Source: Roseibacillus sp.
GTDB lineage: Bacteria > Verrucomicrobiota > Verrucomicrobiia > Verrucomicrobiales > Akkermansiaceae
Assembly (NCBI GenBank): GCA_965242925.1
Contig: CBDEUM010000012.1
Location: 173,857-237,856 of the forward strand
Reading direction: 5' to 3'
Length of the DNA stretch: 64,000 nucleotides
The notes under the pieces were generated by a model. The model was not told the DNA's origin. It was given only the letters and a program-made list of their open reading frames with translations, and did not search any database. This document shows, piece by piece, positions 61,195 to 64,000 of this stretch; position 1 is the stretch's first letter; each line of letters begins with the position of its first letter. The translations under genes were made by a program, and so were the position numbers.

Positions 61195-62862
61195 ATGAAC
61201 CCCACCCGCACCTGTCGTTACCTGGGGTTCCTCGGCTTGGGAATCGCCCTCACCATCTCCCTCTACATGGCTTGGACCTCCCTCCAGGGCGGGGCCGTAG
61301 CCGGGTGCTCCGGCGAGGGGAGCGGCTGTCACAGCGTCCTCTCCAGCAAATGGGGATACGTGCTCGGACTGCCGGTCAGTCTCACCGGCCTCCCCATTTA
61401 CGGGTCGCTGCTGTTCTTCTCCTTCGGTGCCTCCCCGCGATCCCGGGTGCTGCTCAACACCCTCTCGATCCTCGTGGTGGGAGCGGCTCTCTGGTTCGCG
61501 GCAATACAGCTCCTTCTCCTGAAGGCCTTCTGCCCGTGGTGCTGCACCACCCACGGATTCGCGGTGGCGGGCACCCTCCTCCTTGCTTTCTCCCGCCGGA
61601 CCGAACCGGTACACAGGCGGCCTGTCCTGGTCGGGGCCCTGGCCCTTCCCGCCCTCTGTGGTTTGATCGCTCTCCAGATCTTCGGCCCCGCCCCGGACCA
61701 GTCCCAGCGGGCCTCCCTGGGCAGCGCCGGTGCCCAGCAGGGTGCTGATCATCTCGTCTCCCTGCATGACGGACAGTTCGTCCTGAACCCGGCGGACCTT
61801 CCCGTCATCGGCTCTCCCGAGGCCCGCCATGCGGTCGTCGCCCTTGGCGATTACACCTGCGCGTTCTGCCGCAAGCTGCACGGGCAATTGAAGCAGACGG
61901 TCGAAGCCTACCCGCCCGGCCAGCTCTGCGTGATCGAACTGCCGGTCGCCCGGGATGCCAGGGGTGCAGAAATTCAGCGGCTCATGCTTTCACTCTGGCG
62001 CAGTCACCCGGAGACCAGGACGGCCCTGGACACCAGGATCTATCAACGCCGCCTTTCCATCGATCCAAAGGCCATCCGGCAGGCTGCTGAGGCCCTCCTC
62101 GGGGAGGAGGCTGTCAGCGCATCGCTGCGGGACCACGGTCAGTGGGCCGAGGATCAGATTTCCCTCGCTTCGCGCGTCCTGGAGGCCAACCGCAAGTTGA
62201 CCGGAGCCCCTCACCTCCCCCAGTTGATCGTCGGGGAGGAAGTCAACATCGGAGCCTCGCGTGATCTCGAGACCTACCTCGATCTCTTCGCGCGCAACCT
62301 TGATCTGAAAGCTCCGAGCGAGGAAGCGCTGGCCCGGGCAACCACGATCACCCCCTCTGCTCCACCGGCCCCTCCCACCGTGGCTTCTCTCGCACCCACT
62401 ACCGGGATCCTGTGGTCGACCCTTGAGCAGGGACCCGGACGTTCTCCCCGTCATCCGGAAATTCTGTGGCCCGCCCCCAGCACCATCCCGCACTCCCATG
62501 CCTCCCGGAAAGACAAGGACGGCGAGGACATCCCAGCCGGCTACTTCGCCTGGATGATGGAACACTTTGAAATGCCTGACGAGATCCTGCTGGCCGCTCC
62601 CACTGCCAACCCGGATGGGGATACCAGCAGGAACGGACTGGAGTACTGGTGCCGTCTCGACCCCAAGCAGAACGACTCCCGACCGGGTTCAGTGCACCGG
62701 GATTCAAAGGGCAACTTGGTCTACGCCCTTGAACTTCGGGATGACGATTTGGTGCCGGACGGGTTCTTCCAGTTCTCCGACGACCTGTGGTTCGCCCGCC
62801 CCTCCCTGGCCCCGTTCTCGGGGCCAGTACAAGCGATCCCGACCCGGAAGACGGGCTCCTGA
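61195..62862 (+). CDS. VKOR-family disulfide-bond protein fused to a DsbA/thioredoxin-like domain plus C-terminal extension
   Basis: VKOR loop cysteines GCSGEGSGC..VLSSKW..LGLPVS and TM CPWC; DsbA-like GDYTCAFC; then Pro/Thr linker and NPDGD..NGLEY...DP. Confidence 0.88.
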   Translation: MNPTRTCRYLGFLGLGIALTISLYMAWTSLQGGAVAGCSGEGSGCHSVLSSKWGYVLGLPVSLTGLPIYGSLLFFSFGASPRSRVLLNTLSILVVGAALWFAAIQLLLLKAFCPWCCTTHGFAVAGTLLLAFSRRTEPVHRRPVLVGALALPALCGLIALQIFGPAPDQSQRASLGSAGAQQGADHLVSLHDGQFVLNPADLPVIGSPEARHAVVALGDYTCAFCRKLHGQLKQTVEAYPPGQLCVIELPVARDARGAEIQRLMLSLWRSHPETRTALDTRIYQRRLSIDPKAIRQAAEALLGEEAVSASLRDHGQWAEDQISLASRVLEANRKLTGAPHLPQLIVGEEVNIGASRDLETYLDLFARNLDLKAPSEEALARATTITPSAPPAPPTVASLAPTTGILWSTLEQGPGRSPRHPEILWPAPSTIPHSHASRKDKDGEDIPAGYFAWMMEHFEMPDEILLAAPTANPDGDTSRNGLEYWCRLDPKQNDSRPGSVHRDSKGNLVYALELRDDDLVPDGFFQFSDDLWFARPSLAPFSGPVQAIPTRKTGS

Positions 62863-64000
62863 CCTGGATGGCAACGGACCCTTCCCCGAAACCGGGTCCC
62901 ACCCGCTTCGCGCGGGCGGACTTCAGGATCGACTGGCCGGCAGATTCCCAATGTCTCCAGCACTGCGCGGCTGTCGCGGTGGCCACCTGTCAACCGGACA
63001 GCGAACAAATCCGCGCCACATTTCAGGCCTGCCTTGCCACCTGCTCCCGGGGCATGTGCGCCGAGATTTTTGAACCGGTGTGTGGATGCGACGGCCAGAC
63101 CTACGGCAATGCCTGCGCGGCGGCCAATGCCAATGCTGGAGTGGAGTATCTGGGAGCCTGCGGGGAGCCTGAATGCACCAGCAATGACGACTGCGATGAG
63201 GCCGACTACTGCTTCTCCGAAGACGGTTGTGACGCCCCGGGAGTCTGCCAACCGCGACCGGTGGTCTGCACCCTGGAATTCAACCCGGTCTGTGGATGCG
63301 ATGGGCAGACCTACGCCACTGCCTGCGTGGCGGCTGCGTCCGGGGTGAATATCGCCAGCCGGGGAGCCTGTGAAGTCAATGGCGGATGCAACAGCAATGC
63401 CGACTGCGACGAAGCCGACTACTGTTTCTCCGAAGATGGTTGTGACACCCCGGGAATCTGCCAGCTACGACCGCGATTCTGCACCCGCGAGTTCAGGCCG
63501 GTCTGTGGATGCGACGGCAGAACCTACGGCAATGCCTGCCAGGCGGCTGCAGCCGGGATGAATGTCGCCAGCCAGGGAGTCTGCGAGGTGACCTGCGACA
63601 GCAATGCCGACTGCGACGAGGCCGACTACTGCTTCTCCGAAGACGGTTGTGACGCCCCGGGAATCTGTCAACCACGACCGGAGATCTGCACCCTGGAGTT
63701 CAACCCGGTCTGTGGATGCGACGGCAGGACCTACGGCAATGCCTGCGCGGCGGCCGGGGCCGGGGTGAATGTCGCCCGCCGGGGAGCCTGTGAAGTCAAA
63801 GCCGAGTGCGACAGCAATGCCGACTGCGACGAGGCCGACTACTGTTTCTCCGAAGACGGTTGTGACGCCCCGGGAATCTGCCAGCTACGACCGCGATTCT
63901 GCACCCGCGAGTTCAACCCGGTCTGTGGATGCGACGGCAGGACCTACGGCAATGCCTGCACGGCGGCTGCGGCCGGGGTCAATATCGCCAGCCGGGGAGT
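62745..64000 (+). CDS. Cys-rich tandem Kazal-type serine protease inhibitor array (partial; probable -1 continuation of 61195 ORF)
   Basis: Not in ORF track. Stop-free frame from 62745 to window end: CAEIFEPVCGCDGQTYGNAC...GAC then four modules such as CTSNDDCDEADYCFSEDGCDAPGVCQPRPVVCTLEFNPVCGCDGQTYATAC...GAC. Confidence 0.88.
63174..64000 (+). repeat. Intragenic tandem repeat, units of 213/207/213 bp
   Basis: Units start at 63174, 63387, 63594, 63807; shared GCCGACTACTGYTTCTCCGAAGAYGGTTGTGAC and CCGGTCTGTGGATGCGA. Confidence 0.92.

Noticed and set aside
62790..62862. Programmed -1 ribosomal frameshift
   Set aside because: No canonical X XXY YYZ A/U-rich slippery heptamer seen; other apparent indels in the window favour a sequence error. 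Not fully excluded.
63174..64000. Regular repeats as a possible CRISPR array
   Set aside because: Units are 207-213 bp, in-frame, protein-coding, without unique spacers, and no cas genes are present.

Overview
GC-rich bacterial chromosome segment. Gene content (PSD1/DUF1549-DUF1553 + DUF1501 modules, sulfatases, lamin-tail/CotH giants) suggests a PVC-superphylum organism, probably Verrucomicrobiota; this is an inference. About 42 CDS, no rRNA/tRNA/CRISPR/IS seen. Left part: an NRAMP-like transporter-nagA-nagB unit, nadB, a GH3 glucosidase and envelope genes (waaA, rsmD, AsmA-like, UgtP-like, YejM/LtaS-like). Middle: two tandem secreted lamin-tail/CotH-kinase giants, DUF1553/DUF1501 modules and a Rieske + cytochrome b-c fusion. 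Right part: sugar oxidoreductases/kinase, a GT4-GT2 fusion, two sulfatases and an AT-rich broken TM2 gene. The most interesting item, missed by the ORF track, is at the far right: a VKOR-DsbA-like disulfide-forming ORF (61195-62862) overlaps a -1 frame that stays open to the window end and encodes a tandem array of 10-Cys Kazal-type protease-inhibitor modules with predicted P1 residues E, L, R, L, R. This is probably one polypeptide carrying its own oxidative-folding machinery. Several apparent single-base indels in short runs suggest an error-prone assembly, so all frameshifts need read-level checks.
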